This document shows positions 47,138-57,328 of a stretch of 64,000 nucleotides of DNA, piece after piece; the first letter of the stretch is position 1; each line of letters begins with the position of its first letter. The DNA is from Desulfosudis oleivorans. Lineage in GTDB: Bacteria; Desulfobacterota; Desulfobacteria; Desulfobacterales; SURF-7. The notes under the pieces were generated by a model. It was given only the letters and a program-made list of their open reading frames with translations. It searched no databases and was not told the origin of the DNA. The stretch covers positions 12,906-76,905 of the forward strand of contig DYJD01000024.1 in assembly GCA_020723325.1 (NCBI GenBank), given 5' to 3'. A program made the position numbers and the translations under genes.

Positions 47138-47875
47138 ATGCGAACCAATCCAACTCCCATAACCGCGGGATTCGGGGCCGGCTTCAGCCGCCTTACCAAA
47201 GCGCTGCTGCTGGCGTACGGCGGTATTTATGTGGTGGAACTGCTGTGTGAGCACTGGTTGGACCTTAGGCTTACGGCCGCCCTGGCCTTGCATCCCTTCC
47301 AGTCACCAGCTTTTCATGTGTGGCAGATCATCACTCACCCGTTCATTCAGCCGCCCACGGCCCCCCTGGAATTTGTTTTTGTCTGCCTGATGTTTTATTT
47401 TTTCGCCGGCCCTGTGGAAGCAGCTTTCGGCCCCAAACGCTTTTTGATCTTTTTTTATCTATCCGCCCTGGGGGGCGCTGCCACCGGTCTTTTGTTCAGC
47501 ATGGCGGCCGGCCTGAACCAGCCTTTTCTGGGCATGCTGCCCAGCATGCTGGCCCTGATGGTTGTGTTCGGCTTTTTAAGCCCCGAGGCCACCATCCTGC
47601 TCATGTTCGTTGTGCCTGTCAAAGCCAAATATATAAGCTACGGCACCATTCTGATCACCTTGTTGACCTTTCTTGCCAAGGTCAACCCGGCCGGGGCCTA
47701 TCACCTGGGCGGGATTTTAGTGGGGTATGGTTATTTCAAGGGTTTTCAAAATTTCCATCCCGTCCAGTTTCTGCAACTAAAATATATGGACTGGCAAGTG
47801 CGGCGCCGCAGGGCGCGTTTTACCGTCATCAACGGCCGGAAAAAGGATGACGACACCCGGCCCACCATTCATTAA
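47138..47875 (+). CDS. Rhomboid-fold membrane protein with a non-canonical active site
   Basis: Six TM helices. ITHPF... and AYHLGG match rhomboid TM2/TM6 landmarks, but no GxSG or HxxxN motifs are seen. Confidence 0.55.
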   Translation: MRTNPTPITAGFGAGFSRLTKALLLAYGGIYVVELLCEHWLDLRLTAALALHPFQSPAFHVWQIITHPFIQPPTAPLEFVFVCLMFYFFAGPVEAAFGPKRFLIFFYLSALGGAATGLLFSMAAGLNQPFLGMLPSMLALMVVFGFLSPEATILLMFVVPVKAKYISYGTILITLLTFLAKVNPAGAYHLGGILVGYGYFKGFQNFHPVQFLQLKYMDWQVRRRRARFTVINGRKKDDDTRPTIH

Positions 47876-47884
47876 AGTAGTCAT

Positions 47885-47957
47885 GATCATCGTTTCGGCC
47901 ACCCCCATTGTGGTAGCGGCTTCCAGCCGCGATTCGGCCGAAAAGATAATCAAGGCC
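47885..47957 (+). repeat. REP-like nested palindromic element, copy A
   Basis: gatcatcgtttcggcc|accccc|attgtggtagcggcttccagccgcgattc|ggccgaaaagataatcaaggcc. Confidence 0.8.
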
Positions 47958-47973
47958 CGTTAAGGAGTCTTGT

Positions 47974-48408
47974 ATGGGATTCGGCAACAAGAAGAAATCC
48001 GGAAAAAATGCCACCGCAGCAAATCCGCTGCCGGCCGACCTGCAGGAACGCCTGCTGGCCGCCATGCCAGCCGACGGCTTGCCCTGCGCAACCGCCTTTG
48101 CCCTTTCAACCCAATTGAATATAACCCCGACCCAGATCGGGAATACGGCGGATTTGCATGGCGTGCGCCTGACCAAATGCCAGTTGGGTTTGTTCGGCTA
48201 TCAACCCCGCAAAAAATGCATCGAACCCAAAGTACCGTCCTTGCCGGAATTGGAGCAGGCCCTGGTCGCGACCCAAGATCACGGCCGAATTTCCTGCACC
48301 CAGGTCTGGAACATCGCTGAACGTTTGAATCTTCCCAAAATGGAGGTGAGTGCCGCTTGTGAAGCCCTGAAAATTAAAATCAGCGCTTGCCAGCTTGGGG
48401 CCTTCTGA
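47974..48408 (+). CDS. Hypothetical protein made of two tandem ~57-aa Cys-containing modules (C-x(35-36)-CQLGxF)
   Basis: ATG follows AAGGAG. The internal repeat is seen by eye (LPCATAFALSTQLNITPTQIGNTADLHGVRLTKCQLGLF / ISCTQVWNIAERLNLPKMEVSAACEALKIKISACQLGAF). Confidence 0.6.
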   Translation: MGFGNKKKSGKNATAANPLPADLQERLLAAMPADGLPCATAFALSTQLNITPTQIGNTADLHGVRLTKCQLGLFGYQPRKKCIEPKVPSLPELEQALVATQDHGRISCTQVWNIAERLNLPKMEVSAACEALKIKISACQLGAF

Positions 48409-49859
48409 CTTTGTTTCTTGCCGGAAAAGTAAATGCTTTTCTGAATCGGCCGCCGGTACTGATCGGTTTACTGTTCGGCATCATCGTGATTGCCGCCCTT
48501 GCTTTTCTGCCGGGCAAAGGGGAACTCCCGTCCCACGATTTACGGAAAATCAGCCGCCAGGGTGAAATCATCTTCATCACCCAGTACAACCCCCATTGCT
48601 ATTACCGCTATCGCGACCAGGCCATGGGCTTTGAATATGAGCTGGCCAAAGCTTTTGCCGAGGACCTGGGGGTTCGGCTGACCTTGAAAATCGCCGGCCC
48701 ATGGGAAGACATGGCCCGCTTGGTGCAAACCGGAAAAGGCCATATCATTGCGGCCAATATGACGGTGACGCCTGAGCGGGCAGCCCAAGTCGCCTTTTCC
48801 GACGGTTATCTTACCACGCGACAGCATATCATCGCGCATCGGGATAATCATGCTGTCCGGCATGTTCAGGACCTTGCCGGTCTGACGGTCCAGGTGGGTA
48901 ATAATGCCGTGTATCAAAAGCAATTGACGGCATTGCAGGAACAAGGCATTGATCTTACAATCAACTCCGCGGATCAAAAATCCACCATGGAAATCCTGCG
49001 GGACATCGAAGCCGGGGAAACCCATGCCACCGTGGCCTACAGCCACGTGGCCAAACTGAATCAGCGGAATTTTCCCCACATTTTTATTGCCGACGCCGTG
49101 GGTAACGAAGAACAACTGGCCTGGGGCGTTCATCCTGAGGCGGAGGCGCTGCGCAAGCGCATCAATCTTTTTTTTAGGGCGATCAAGACCGACGGTGTTT
49201 TTGATGAAATTTACAACCGCTACTATTCCAGCGCGGAATCCCTCAATTTTGTGGATCTACGTTCCTACCATCGTTTTTTGGCCACACGCCTGCCCCAATA
49301 TGGACGCATCATCAAATCAGAAGCGGAAAACCATGGCTTTGACTGGCGTCTGATTGCCGCCCAGATTTATCAGGAATCCCGGTTTCAGCCGGATGCCCTT
49401 AGTCCTGCCGGCGCCTATGGCCTCATGCAACTAACCAAGCGAACCGCCCGCAGTCATGGTGTGTCGGACCCGGGTGATCCCATCCAAAATATCCGCGCCG
49501 GCATCCGCCAGTTGAAACGCTTATATGACCTGTTCGATGATGCTGAAGGCGCCGACCGGATCTTTATTGCCCTGGGGGCCTACAATGTGGGCCAGGGCCA
49601 CATCCGCGACGCCCAGCGGCTGGCCCGCAAAAAAGGCTATGACCCGACCCAGTGGGCCTCCCTGGTAAAGGTGCTGCCGCTGCTCCAGCAGGAAGAATAT
49701 TTTGAGGAAGCGGTCTATGGCTACTGTCAAGGCACGGAGCCGGTGCGCTATGTGCGGCAGATCATCATTTTTTATGACATCCTGAAACACAAAAGCATCC
49801 AATTCAAGCCGGACGAAACCTCCCTGCCGGACATGCTTCCCGGCCCCGCGGAAAGTTGA
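48387..49859 (+). CDS. mltF: Membrane-bound lytic murein transglycosylase F-like protein (SBP_bac_3 plus SLT domains)
   Basis: N-terminal TM helix and SBP domain. SLT catalytic region IYQESRFQPDALSPAGAYGLMQL. Start codon uncertain (TTG). Confidence 0.85.
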   Translation: MPAWGLLTLFLAGKVNAFLNRPPVLIGLLFGIIVIAALAFLPGKGELPSHDLRKISRQGEIIFITQYNPHCYYRYRDQAMGFEYELAKAFAEDLGVRLTLKIAGPWEDMARLVQTGKGHIIAANMTVTPERAAQVAFSDGYLTTRQHIIAHRDNHAVRHVQDLAGLTVQVGNNAVYQKQLTALQEQGIDLTINSADQKSTMEILRDIEAGETHATVAYSHVAKLNQRNFPHIFIADAVGNEEQLAWGVHPEAEALRKRINLFFRAIKTDGVFDEIYNRYYSSAESLNFVDLRSYHRFLATRLPQYGRIIKSEAENHGFDWRLIAAQIYQESRFQPDALSPAGAYGLMQLTKRTARSHGVSDPGDPIQNIRAGIRQLKRLYDLFDDAEGADRIFIALGAYNVGQGHIRDAQRLARKKGYDPTQWASLVKVLPLLQQEEYFEEAVYGYCQGTEPVRYVRQIIIFYDILKHKSIQFKPDETSLPDMLPGPAES

Positions 49860-49862
49860 TTT

Positions 49863-50486
49863 TCATAGACGGGCAAATGGATTGGATCGTTTTTCCCGTC
49901 CGATGGTGGTGGTGGGGCCGTGGCCGCAATGCACGGTCACATCATCCGCTAGTTTGAAAAGCTTTTTCTGGATGCTGGCGATGAGGGTGTTGAAGTCCCC
50001 GCCTGGAAAGTCGGTGCGGCCGATGGAGCCGGCAAACAGCGTATCGCCCACAAACACATGGCCGGGGGTGAACAGGGAAATGCCGCCCGGGGTGTGTCCG
50101 GGGGTATGGATCACTGTAAGGGCAAGCTGGCCGAATGATATCGTATCGCCGTCATTGATATTAAGGTCGGCCGGCGGTGAGTTCTCCGCAGCCATGCCGA
50201 AGCTGGCGGCGGCCATGGTCAATTGGGTCAGCATGAAGGCATCGGCCGGGTGGATCAGGATTTCAGCACCGGTGGCGGCCTTCATGCGTTTGTTGCCGCC
50301 CACATGATCAAAATGCCCATGGGTATTGATGATTTTTTTTACGGTGAGCTTGCCTTTGGCCAGGGTGTTTAGAATACGATCCACATCATCCCCTGGATCA
50401 ATCACAACCGCTTCCAAGGTTTTTTCACATCCCACGATAAAACAATTGGCCATGATGGGACCCACGGCGATTTCTTTGATAATCAA
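49863..50486 (-). CDS. MBL-fold metallo-hydrolase (glyoxalase II-like)
   Basis: THGHFDHVGG (HxHxDH). Confidence 0.85.
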   Translation of the reverse strand: MIIKEIAVGPIMANCFIVGCEKTLEAVVIDPGDDVDRILNTLAKGKLTVKKIINTHGHFDHVGGNKRMKAATGAEILIHPADAFMLTQLTMAAASFGMAAENSPPADLNINDGDTISFGQLALTVIHTPGHTPGGISLFTPGHVFVGDTLFAGSIGRTDFPGGDFNTLIASIQKKLFKLADDVTVHCGHGPTTTIGREKRSNPFARL

Positions 50487-50505
50487 AACTACCTCCTTTT
50501 AACCT

Positions 50506-50772
50506 TTACTCCCCGGTCCTTTGCCTGGCAGCGGCAATGAGCTCAATAAGACTTGCGATTTTCGGTTTGGGCTTGTCAGCGGCCAGCTTTTCAGCCGTAT
50601 CTTCCCCGTAGGTTTCGCTGACATAGGCGCGCACATCAAAATGTTCCCACCAGCAATCCAGCAGTTTCCAGCACAGGCCGCCTTCGCCGCCGTGCTTGCG
50701 GCAATACTGAAAGGTGATCAGGCTGCCCAGGCGCGGGCAGCGCTGTTCCAAATGATCATGGCGATCTAACAT
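50506..50772 (-). CDS. Small four-Cys protein (hypothetical)
   Basis: 88 aa with C12, C24, C34 and C40. Lies between trpB2 and the MBL hydrolase on the same strand. Confidence 0.45.
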   Translation of the reverse strand: MLDRHDHLEQRCPRLGSLITFQYCRKHGGEGGLCWKLLDCWWEHFDVRAYVSETYGEDTAEKLAADKPKPKIASLIELIAAARQRTGE

Positions 50773-50810
50773 AATGCCGGTTCTGCCTCGATTGCCGGTG
50801 GGGCTTTGGT

Positions 50811-52187
50811 CTAACGGCTTTTCATAATAGCCGGCTTGGGAAAATTTTCGAATACCTTTTCCGCGGCCTCGATTTCTTTATCTTCCAAAACAAAATTGCT
50901 CAGCTCGCCGGCAAAATATTTGTCATAGGCCATGAGATCCAGCAGGCCATGACCGCTCCAGTTGAACAGAATCACTTTGGCCTTGCCTTCCTCCTTGGCC
51001 TTCTTGGCTTCTTCCACCACACAGGCCAGGGCATGGGTGGTTTCCGGCGCCGGGATGATGCCCTCGGTGCGGGCCAGCAGAATCCCGGCCGCATAGGCAT
51101 CCAGTTGGGTCACGGCCTTGGGCTTGATCAAGCCCTCCACCACCAACTGGCTCACCGTGGGCGCCATGCCGTGGTAGCGCAGCCCGCCGGCATGGAAGGG
51201 CGGGGGCACGAAAGCATGGCCGAGGCTGTGCATGGGCAACAGGGGGGTATAGCGGGCCGTGTCGCCATGGTCATACACAAAGGGCGCCTTGGTCAGGGTG
51301 GGACAGGCCGCCGGTTCCACCGGGTAGATCTCGATGGCCTTGCCGTTGATCTTGTCCAGGACAAAGGGGAAGGCCAGCCCGGCAAAATTGCTGCCGCCGC
51401 CGGCACAGCCGATGACCACATCCGGATAGTCACCCACCTTGGCCAACTGCTTTTGGGCTTCCAGGCCGATAATGGTCTGGTGCAGCATGACATGGTTGAG
51501 CACGGAGCCCAGGGAGTAGCGGGTCTTGCCGGAGGGGTCGGTCACGGCGGCTTCGATGGCTTCGCTGATGGCAATGCCGAGACTACCGGGGGTATTGGGA
51601 TCCTTTGCCAGGGCATCCCGGCCGGCTTTGGTTTCCATGCTGGGGCTGGCCACACATTGTCCGCCCCAGGTGGACATCATGGACTTGCGGTAGGGTTTCT
51701 GGTCAAAACTGACCCGCACCATGAAGATTTTGCATTCCAGGCCGAATTGGGAGCAGGCAAAGGAAAGGGCGCTGCCCCACTGACCGGCGCCGGTTTCCGT
51801 GGTCATGCGTTTGATGCCGAATTCCTTGTTGTAATAGGCCTGGGGAACGGCGGTATTGGGTTTGTGGCTGCCCGGCGGGCTGACACTTTCATTTTTAAAA
51901 TATATTTTGGCCGGTGTGCCCAGGGCTTTTTCCAGGGAAAAGGCCCGCACCAGAGGAGACGGCCGCCAGATCTTCAAAATTCCAAGCACCTCTTCCGGAA
52001 TATCGATCCATCTTTCCGAGCTGACTTCCTGCTCGATGAGGTTCATGGGGAACACCGGTGCCAGCGCATCCGGCGTCACCGGCTTGCCGTCCGGACCCAG
52101 TGGTGGATTCATCTTGATGTCCGCCAGAATATTGTACCATTGACGCGGCATTTCATCTTCATTCAACAGAATTTTTCTAGCCTCCAT
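50811..52187 (-). CDS. trpB: TrpB2-type tryptophan synthase beta-like PLP enzyme
   Basis: 458 aa (long TrpB2 form). PLP-Lys region [10 protein letters not shown]. Confidence 0.88.
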   Translation of the reverse strand: MEARKILLNEDEMPRQWYNILADIKMNPPLGPDGKPVTPDALAPVFPMNLIEQEVSSERWIDIPEEVLGILKIWRPSPLVRAFSLEKALGTPAKIYFKNESVSPPGSHKPNTAVPQAYYNKEFGIKRMTTETGAGQWGSALSFACSQFGLECKIFMVRVSFDQKPYRKSMMSTWGGQCVASPSMETKAGRDALAKDPNTPGSLGIAISEAIEAAVTDPSGKTRYSLGSVLNHVMLHQTIIGLEAQKQLAKVGDYPDVVIGCAGGGSNFAGLAFPFVLDKINGKAIEIYPVEPAACPTLTKAPFVYDHGDTARYTPLLPMHSLGHAFVPPPFHAGGLRYHGMAPTVSQLVVEGLIKPKAVTQLDAYAAGILLARTEGIIPAPETTHALACVVEEAKKAKEEGKAKVILFNWSGHGLLDLMAYDKYFAGELSNFVLEDKEIEAAEKVFENFPKPAIMKSR

Positions 52188-52190
52188 AAT

Positions 52191-52655
52191 TTACTCCTTG
52201 TCAGGTTTGGTGGGGGGTTCAATGGACGTAACCTTGATTTCCTCAATCTCTTTTTGCATTGCCAGATGGATGCTGTCAAGGATGCCGTTGATAAAAGCGC
52301 CGGATTCATCCGTGCCGAAACGCTTGCCGATATCAATGGCTTCATTGATGGAAACCTTGGTGGGAATTTCCGGGCAATACAACATTTCAAATACAGCCAC
52401 GCGCATGACGTTGCGATCCACGCAGGCGATGCGGCTCATTTTCCAGTTACAGGAATGTTTCTCGATCAAGGCGTCGATCTTTTCACGGTGTTGCATCACG
52501 CCCTGCACCAGGATCCGCGCAAAATCCAACTGCTGTTCCGGCGGATTGAAATTACTGCAAAAACGCTCAAAACGCTCGGCAGAAATATCCAGACTCATGT
52601 CCATGTCGAACAAGGCCTGCATGGCGAGTTCCCGGGAACGACGGCGGTTGCCCAT
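52191..52655 (-). CDS. nusB: Transcription antitermination factor NusB
   Basis: RRSRELAMQALF... classic NusB N-terminus. Confidence 0.92.
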   Translation of the reverse strand: MGNRRRSRELAMQALFDMDMSLDISAERFERFCSNFNPPEQQLDFARILVQGVMQHREKIDALIEKHSCNWKMSRIACVDRNVMRVAVFEMLYCPEIPTKVSINEAIDIGKRFGTDESGAFINGILDSIHLAMQKEIEEIKVTSIEPPTKPDKE

Positions 52656-52658
52656 GGT

Positions 52659-53132
52659 TTATCCTCGCTCCACGGTTTCCATCAGGTTGGCCATTTCCAC
52701 GGCGGAAATGGCGGCACTCCAGCCTTTATTACCGGCCTTGGTACCGGCGCGCTCAATGGCCTGTTCAATGGTGTCGGTGGTGACCACCCCGAAAATCACC
52801 GGCACAGAGGTTTCCAGGCTAACCTGGGCCGTGCCCTTGGTTACTTCGGCACTGACATATTCAAAATGCGGGGTTGCGCCCCGGATCACGGCCCCCAGGC
52901 AGATGACGGCATTGTATTTGCCTTTTTCCGCCATTTTCTTGGCGATCAAGGGGATCTCAAAAGCCCCCGGCACCTTGACCACATCAATGTCTTCGTCGGC
53001 CGCGCCGCTGCGCACCAGGGCGTCCACAGCGCCGCCGGTGAGCCGATCGGTAATGAAATCATTAAAACGGCTGACGACAATGGCAAATTTTTTTCCGGTT
53101 GCACTGAGCCCGGCTTCGATCATTCTTGGCAT
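52659..53132 (-). CDS. ribH: 6,7-dimethyl-8-ribityllumazine synthase
   Basis: [13 protein letters not shown]... . ATG at 53132 follows GGGAGGGA. Confidence 0.92.
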   Translation of the reverse strand: MPRMIEAGLSATGKKFAIVVSRFNDFITDRLTGGAVDALVRSGAADEDIDVVKVPGAFEIPLIAKKMAEKGKYNAVICLGAVIRGATPHFEYVSAEVTKGTAQVSLETSVPVIFGVVTTDTIEQAIERAGTKAGNKGWSAAISAVEMANLMETVERG

Positions 53133-53166
53133 GGATTGGTTCCCTCCCTTGCTGCGGTTCCTTGGA

Positions 53167-54402
53167 TCAATTGTCCTGATGGTCCTTGGCTTCCCCGTTG
53201 ATGACATTGAGCAGATGGCCCATCTTCAGTTGTTTGCATTGCAGATAGTATTCATTGTACTCGTTGGGCGGCACTTCGATGGGCACCTGCTCCACCACGC
53301 TGAGGCCGTAGCCTTCCAGGGCCACCATTTTTTTGGGATTGTTGGTCAAGAGGCGCATTTTGCGTACGCCAATGTCCGCCAGGATCTGGGCGCCCACGCC
53401 GTAATCCCGCATGTCGGCCTTGAAACCCAGTTTTTCATTGGCTTCCACCGTATCCATTCCCTGGCGCTGGAGTTCATAGGCCTTGAGCTTGTTGACCAGG
53501 CCGATGCCGCGGCCCTCCTGGCGCAGATAGAGCAGGACCCCGCTGCCTTCTTTTTCAATCTTGATCATGGCCTTGTGCAATTGCTCGGCACAGTCGCAGC
53601 GCAGGGAACCGAAAATATCACCGGTCATGCATTCGGAATGTACCCGCACCAGGGTGGGTTTTTCCGGATCGATCTCACCCTTGACCAGGGCGATGTGTAA
53701 CAGGTCGTCCAATTCGTTTTCATAGGCCAGGATTTTGAATTCCCCGGCATAGGCCGTGGGAATGACGGATTCGGCCGCCAGGTGCACAAAAGACTCGGTG
53801 CGCATGCGGTATTCCACCAGGTCGGCAATGGTGCAGATGCCGATGCCGTGCTCCTGGCTGAATTTTTCCAGGGAGGGCATGCGCGCCATGGTGCCGTCGT
53901 CATCCATGATTTCGCAAATCACCCCGGCCTGCTGCAGGCCGGCCAGCCGGGCCAGGTCCACCGAGCCCTCGGTCTGGCCCACCCGCACCATGACGCCGCC
54001 CTTGCGGGCCCGCAGGGGAAACACATGGCCGGGCTGCACCAGGTCTTTGGGCCGGGCGTCCTTGGCCACCGCCGTCAGAATGGTGGTGGCGCGGTCCGCC
54101 GCGGATATGCCGGTGGTCACGCCGCAACGGGCTTCAATGGAGACCGTGAAACCGGTTTCAAATGGCGAGGTATTGCGCGCCACCATCATGGGCAGGCGGA
54201 GCTGATCGCAAATGTCGCCGGACAGGGAAAGGCAGATCAAACCACGGCCGTAGCGGGCCATGAAATTAATGGCCTCGGGGGTCACCTTTTCAGCCGCCAT
54301 GGTCAGGTCACCTTCGTTTTCGCGATTTTCATCATCCACCAGGATCACCATGCGTCCGGCGCGGATATCCTCAATCGCTTGTTCAATGGTAATTTTGGGC
54401 AT
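53167..54402 (-). CDS. ribBA: Bifunctional 3,4-dihydroxy-2-butanone-4-phosphate synthase / GTP cyclohydrolase II
   Basis: [11 protein letters not shown] and [11 protein letters not shown]. Confidence 0.93.
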   Translation of the reverse strand: MPKITIEQAIEDIRAGRMVILVDDENRENEGDLTMAAEKVTPEAINFMARYGRGLICLSLSGDICDQLRLPMMVARNTSPFETGFTVSIEARCGVTTGISAADRATTILTAVAKDARPKDLVQPGHVFPLRARKGGVMVRVGQTEGSVDLARLAGLQQAGVICEIMDDDGTMARMPSLEKFSQEHGIGICTIADLVEYRMRTESFVHLAAESVIPTAYAGEFKILAYENELDDLLHIALVKGEIDPEKPTLVRVHSECMTGDIFGSLRCDCAEQLHKAMIKIEKEGSGVLLYLRQEGRGIGLVNKLKAYELQRQGMDTVEANEKLGFKADMRDYGVGAQILADIGVRKMRLLTNNPKKMVALEGYGLSVVEQVPIEVPPNEYNEYYLQCKQLKMGHLLNVINGEAKDHQDN

Positions 54403-54466
54403 AGTAAATTATTCACTCCTGTAATAAAATTTGGTACCGCCGCCATCTTCCAGCCGGCGTTTTATT

Positions 54467-55135
54467 TCAGCGGAGAAACCCGTTCTCCGCCAGAAAATTC
54501 AGATCAATGGACCGGTTTTGTCCTTCCCGGCCCGCTTCTTCCGGGGCGGTCCGCAACAGGAACCGCTCCACATATTTGCCGATCATGTCGTTTTCAATAT
54601 TCACTTCCGCACCCACCTTCTTGAGTCCGATGGTGGTCAAAGCGGCGGTATGGGGAATGATGCTGACGTCGAAGCCCGCGCGGTCCAGGTGGTTGACGGT
54701 CAGGCTGATGCCATCCACGGCCACGGAGCCTTTCAGGATGATATAGCGTGTCAGGGCTTCGGGCACGGCAATGGTGATGATCAGGGCATTACCCGACTTG
54801 GTGCGGGCCTGAATGCTTCCCATGCCGTCCACATGACCGGATACCAGATGCCCGTCCAGCCGATCTGACAGCCGCAGGGCGCGCTCCAGGTTCACGCGCT
54901 CGCCCACGCTCACTTGGGCCAGGGTGGTGCGGGAAAGGGTCTCCGGGGCCACATCCACACTGAAACGATTGCCCTGGATGGCCACCGCCGTCAGGCAGGC
55001 GCCGCTCACCGCAATACTGTCCCCGATCTTCACCTGATCCAGGTTAAAATCCGCCTGAATGGTCAGTTGCTTGCCCTGACCCGCGGAGCGGATGGCCGTC
55101 ACTGTACCGAGGCCTTCGATTATTCCTGTGAACAT
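54467..55135 (-). CDS. ribE: Riboflavin synthase
   Basis: MFTGIIEGLGTV start. Duplicated lumazine-binding repeats. Confidence 0.9.
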   Translation of the reverse strand: MFTGIIEGLGTVTAIRSAGQGKQLTIQADFNLDQVKIGDSIAVSGACLTAVAIQGNRFSVDVAPETLSRTTLAQVSVGERVNLERALRLSDRLDGHLVSGHVDGMGSIQARTKSGNALIITIAVPEALTRYIILKGSVAVDGISLTVNHLDRAGFDVSIIPHTAALTTIGLKKVGAEVNIENDMIGKYVERFLLRTAPEEAGREGQNRSIDLNFLAENGFLR

Positions 55136-55166
55136 GCTTAATAAATTCCTCAAAAAGTGACTAAAG

Positions 55167-56282
55167 TCACTCCCCACTTTTCTTTTTTATGTATCCTGCG
55201 ATCATCACATCATCGTCAAAACGCCGGACTTCCATGTCCCCCAGGCCGAGACACTGGTCCATCAAGGCCGGCCCCTTGCCGCGGCAAACCGGGAAGCCGT
55301 CGTCGCCTCCCAGGATTTTGGGAGCGAAAAACATGACCACTTTATCCACAATCCCGCTTTTCAAGGCTGCGGCGTTGAGCCGGCTGCCGCCTTCGATAAG
55401 GAGCTGGGTGATTTTCAGCTTTCCCAAGTGCTCCATCAAATCATTCAAATCGATACCTTCTTCGCCTGTGCGGGCCGGCAGGATGCGGATACCCCGTTGC
55501 TCCAGGCGCTTTTTTTTCTCAGCACAAACAGTTGGGCCGGTGATGATCAGGACTTCTGGCTCGGAATCGCTTACATCCAGCACAAGGGCATCTTCGTCGA
55601 TGGACAAGCCGGTGTCAAGAATGATGCGCAAAGGGTTGCGGCCGGTCATATGCGCAAGGCGCGTGGTCAGGCGGGGATTGTCCGCCCGCACCGTGCCCAT
55701 ACCCACCATGACCGCATCAGCGGCATGGCGCAGCCCATGCACATGCTCCCGCGCCTTGGGACCGGTGATCCATTTGGAATCGCCGATGCTGGTGGCGGTA
55801 CGGCCGTCCAGGGTGGCGGCGATTTTCAGCGTTACAAAGGGGCGCCGGGTCTGGACGAATTTGATGAAACCCTCGTTCAGCCGGCGGGCTTCGGTTTCGC
55901 AAATTCCGCTGCGCACCAAAAGACCCTGTTCCGTCAAGCGCTTGGCCCCACCGCCGGTTACGTTGGGATTGGGGTCGGCCATGGCCATGACCACCTCCCG
56001 GATTCCGGCGGCGATCACCTTTTCTGTGCAGGGAGGAGTGCGGCCGGTATGATTGCAAGGCTCCAGGGTCACATAGAGCGTCGCGCCCCTGGCGTTTTCA
56101 CCGGCATCGTTGATGGCCGCAACTTCGGCATGGGGGCCGCCCACGGCTGCATGAAAGCCCCGGCCCACAATGCGACCGTCCTTCACCAGCACCGCTCCCA
56201 CCATGGGATTGGGTGAAGTGAAGCCGCGGCCCTTTTCCGCCAGGGCCAGGGCCATTTTCATAAGATAGTCGTCATTCATCAT
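55167..56282 (-). CDS. ribD: Bifunctional riboflavin biosynthesis deaminase/reductase RibD
   Basis: HAEVAAI and TLEPCNHTGRTPPC. Confidence 0.92.
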   Translation of the reverse strand: MMNDDYLMKMALALAEKGRGFTSPNPMVGAVLVKDGRIVGRGFHAAVGGPHAEVAAINDAGENARGATLYVTLEPCNHTGRTPPCTEKVIAAGIREVVMAMADPNPNVTGGGAKRLTEQGLLVRSGICETEARRLNEGFIKFVQTRRPFVTLKIAATLDGRTATSIGDSKWITGPKAREHVHGLRHAADAVMVGMGTVRADNPRLTTRLAHMTGRNPLRIILDTGLSIDEDALVLDVSDSEPEVLIITGPTVCAEKKKRLEQRGIRILPARTGEEGIDLNDLMEHLGKLKITQLLIEGGSRLNAAALKSGIVDKVVMFFAPKILGGDDGFPVCRGKGPALMDQCLGLGDMEVRRFDDDVMIAGYIKKKSGE

Positions 56283-56391
56283 GTTCTTAAACCATCAACA
56301 TCAGGCCGTCTGCCTGCGTGCAGCCGGCTGCCTGTTCAAAGCGCGGGAATGCGGAGGAAACGATCGGTACCAACGGGGCGGCGGCAGGCGC

Positions 56392-56847
56392 TTATTGTTT
56401 GCTGAGCAGACTTTTCAACTCCGATACAAAATCATTGACATCCTTGAATTCCCGATAGACCGAGGCAAAGCGCACATAGGCCACGTCATCCAATGCATGC
56501 AATTTCTCCATAATTTTCTCGCCGATGACCCGGGAGGGAATCTCCTTTTCACCGGTTTCCCGCAAATCCCTTTCCAGATCATCAATAAATTGTTCGATCA
56601 CATTCATGCTGATCTTGCGCTTTTCACAAGCCCGCTGCATACCGGAACGAACTTTTTCACGGTTGAAAATTTCCCGGCGGCCGTCTTTTTTAACGATCAT
56701 GATGGGAATTTCCTCAATATGCTCGTAGGTGGTAAACCTGCGGCTGCAATCGATGCATTCCCGCCGCCGCCGGATGACGTTGCCGTCCTTGCTCAACCTG
56801 GAATCGATCACCTTGTTATTCGTTTCACCGCAAAACGGACATTTCAT
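56392..56847 (-). CDS. nrdR: Transcriptional repressor NrdR
   Basis: [17 protein letters not shown] zinc ribbon plus ATP-cone. Confidence 0.93.
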   Translation of the reverse strand: MKCPFCGETNNKVIDSRLSKDGNVIRRRRECIDCSRRFTTYEHIEEIPIMIVKKDGRREIFNREKVRSGMQRACEKRKISMNVIEQFIDDLERDLRETGEKEIPSRVIGEKIMEKLHALDDVAYVRFASVYREFKDVNDFVSELKSLLSKQ

Positions 56848-56860
56848 GAACTCCCCCTTG

Positions 56861-57322
56861 CTATGAGTGGTTGCACTTGATCAGTTCGATACCGGCCTCG
56901 GCAATCATTTCCTGTGATATATCGTCGGCATAACCATCCTGGTAATAAATTTTTTGAATGCCGGCGTTGATGATCATTTTGGCGCAAATGGCGCAGGGCA
57001 GATTGGTGCAGAAAAGCACGCTGCCTTTGATGGCCACCCCATGATAGGCTGCCTGAATAATCGCGTTCTGTTCCGCATGAATGCCCCGGCAGAGTTCATG
57101 CTTCTGCCCGGAAGGCACATTCAGCTTTTCCCGCAGGCAACCTACCTCGCTGCAATGCCTGATATTGCTGGGGGCGCCGTTATATCCGGTGGCCAAAACC
57201 CGCTTGTCTTTCACAATGATGGCACCCACCGCCCGCCTGCGGCAGGTGGATCTTTTGGCCACTAGGGCGGTGATCTCCATGAAATAGGCTTCCCAGGAAG
57301 GGCGGGTCTCCAGCATGGACAT
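56861..57322 (-). CDS. dCMP deaminase (ComEB-type)
   Basis: HAEQNAI and PCAICAKMI zinc motifs. Confidence 0.88.
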   Translation of the reverse strand: MSMLETRPSWEAYFMEITALVAKRSTCRRRAVGAIIVKDKRVLATGYNGAPSNIRHCSEVGCLREKLNVPSGQKHELCRGIHAEQNAIIQAAYHGVAIKGSVLFCTNLPCAICAKMIINAGIQKIYYQDGYADDISQEMIAEAGIELIKCNHS

Positions 57323-57328
57323 GGTCGG

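Noticed and set aside
50949-53700. 750-aa and 500-aa plus-strand ORFs (50949-53201 and 52198-53700).
   Set aside because: They span four to five well-supported minus-strand genes (trpB2, nusB, ribH, ribBA). Composition is shadow-frame-like and no family motifs are present.
56283-56391. Possible FMN (RFN) riboswitch upstream of ribD.
   Set aside because: The nrdR-ribD gap is only about 109 nt. Read on the minus strand, it lacks the conserved RFN core segments I know (AGGGUGAAAUUCC... / GGAUGGGAGA-type). ribD is probably co-transcribed with nrdR. A covariance-model scan would settle it.
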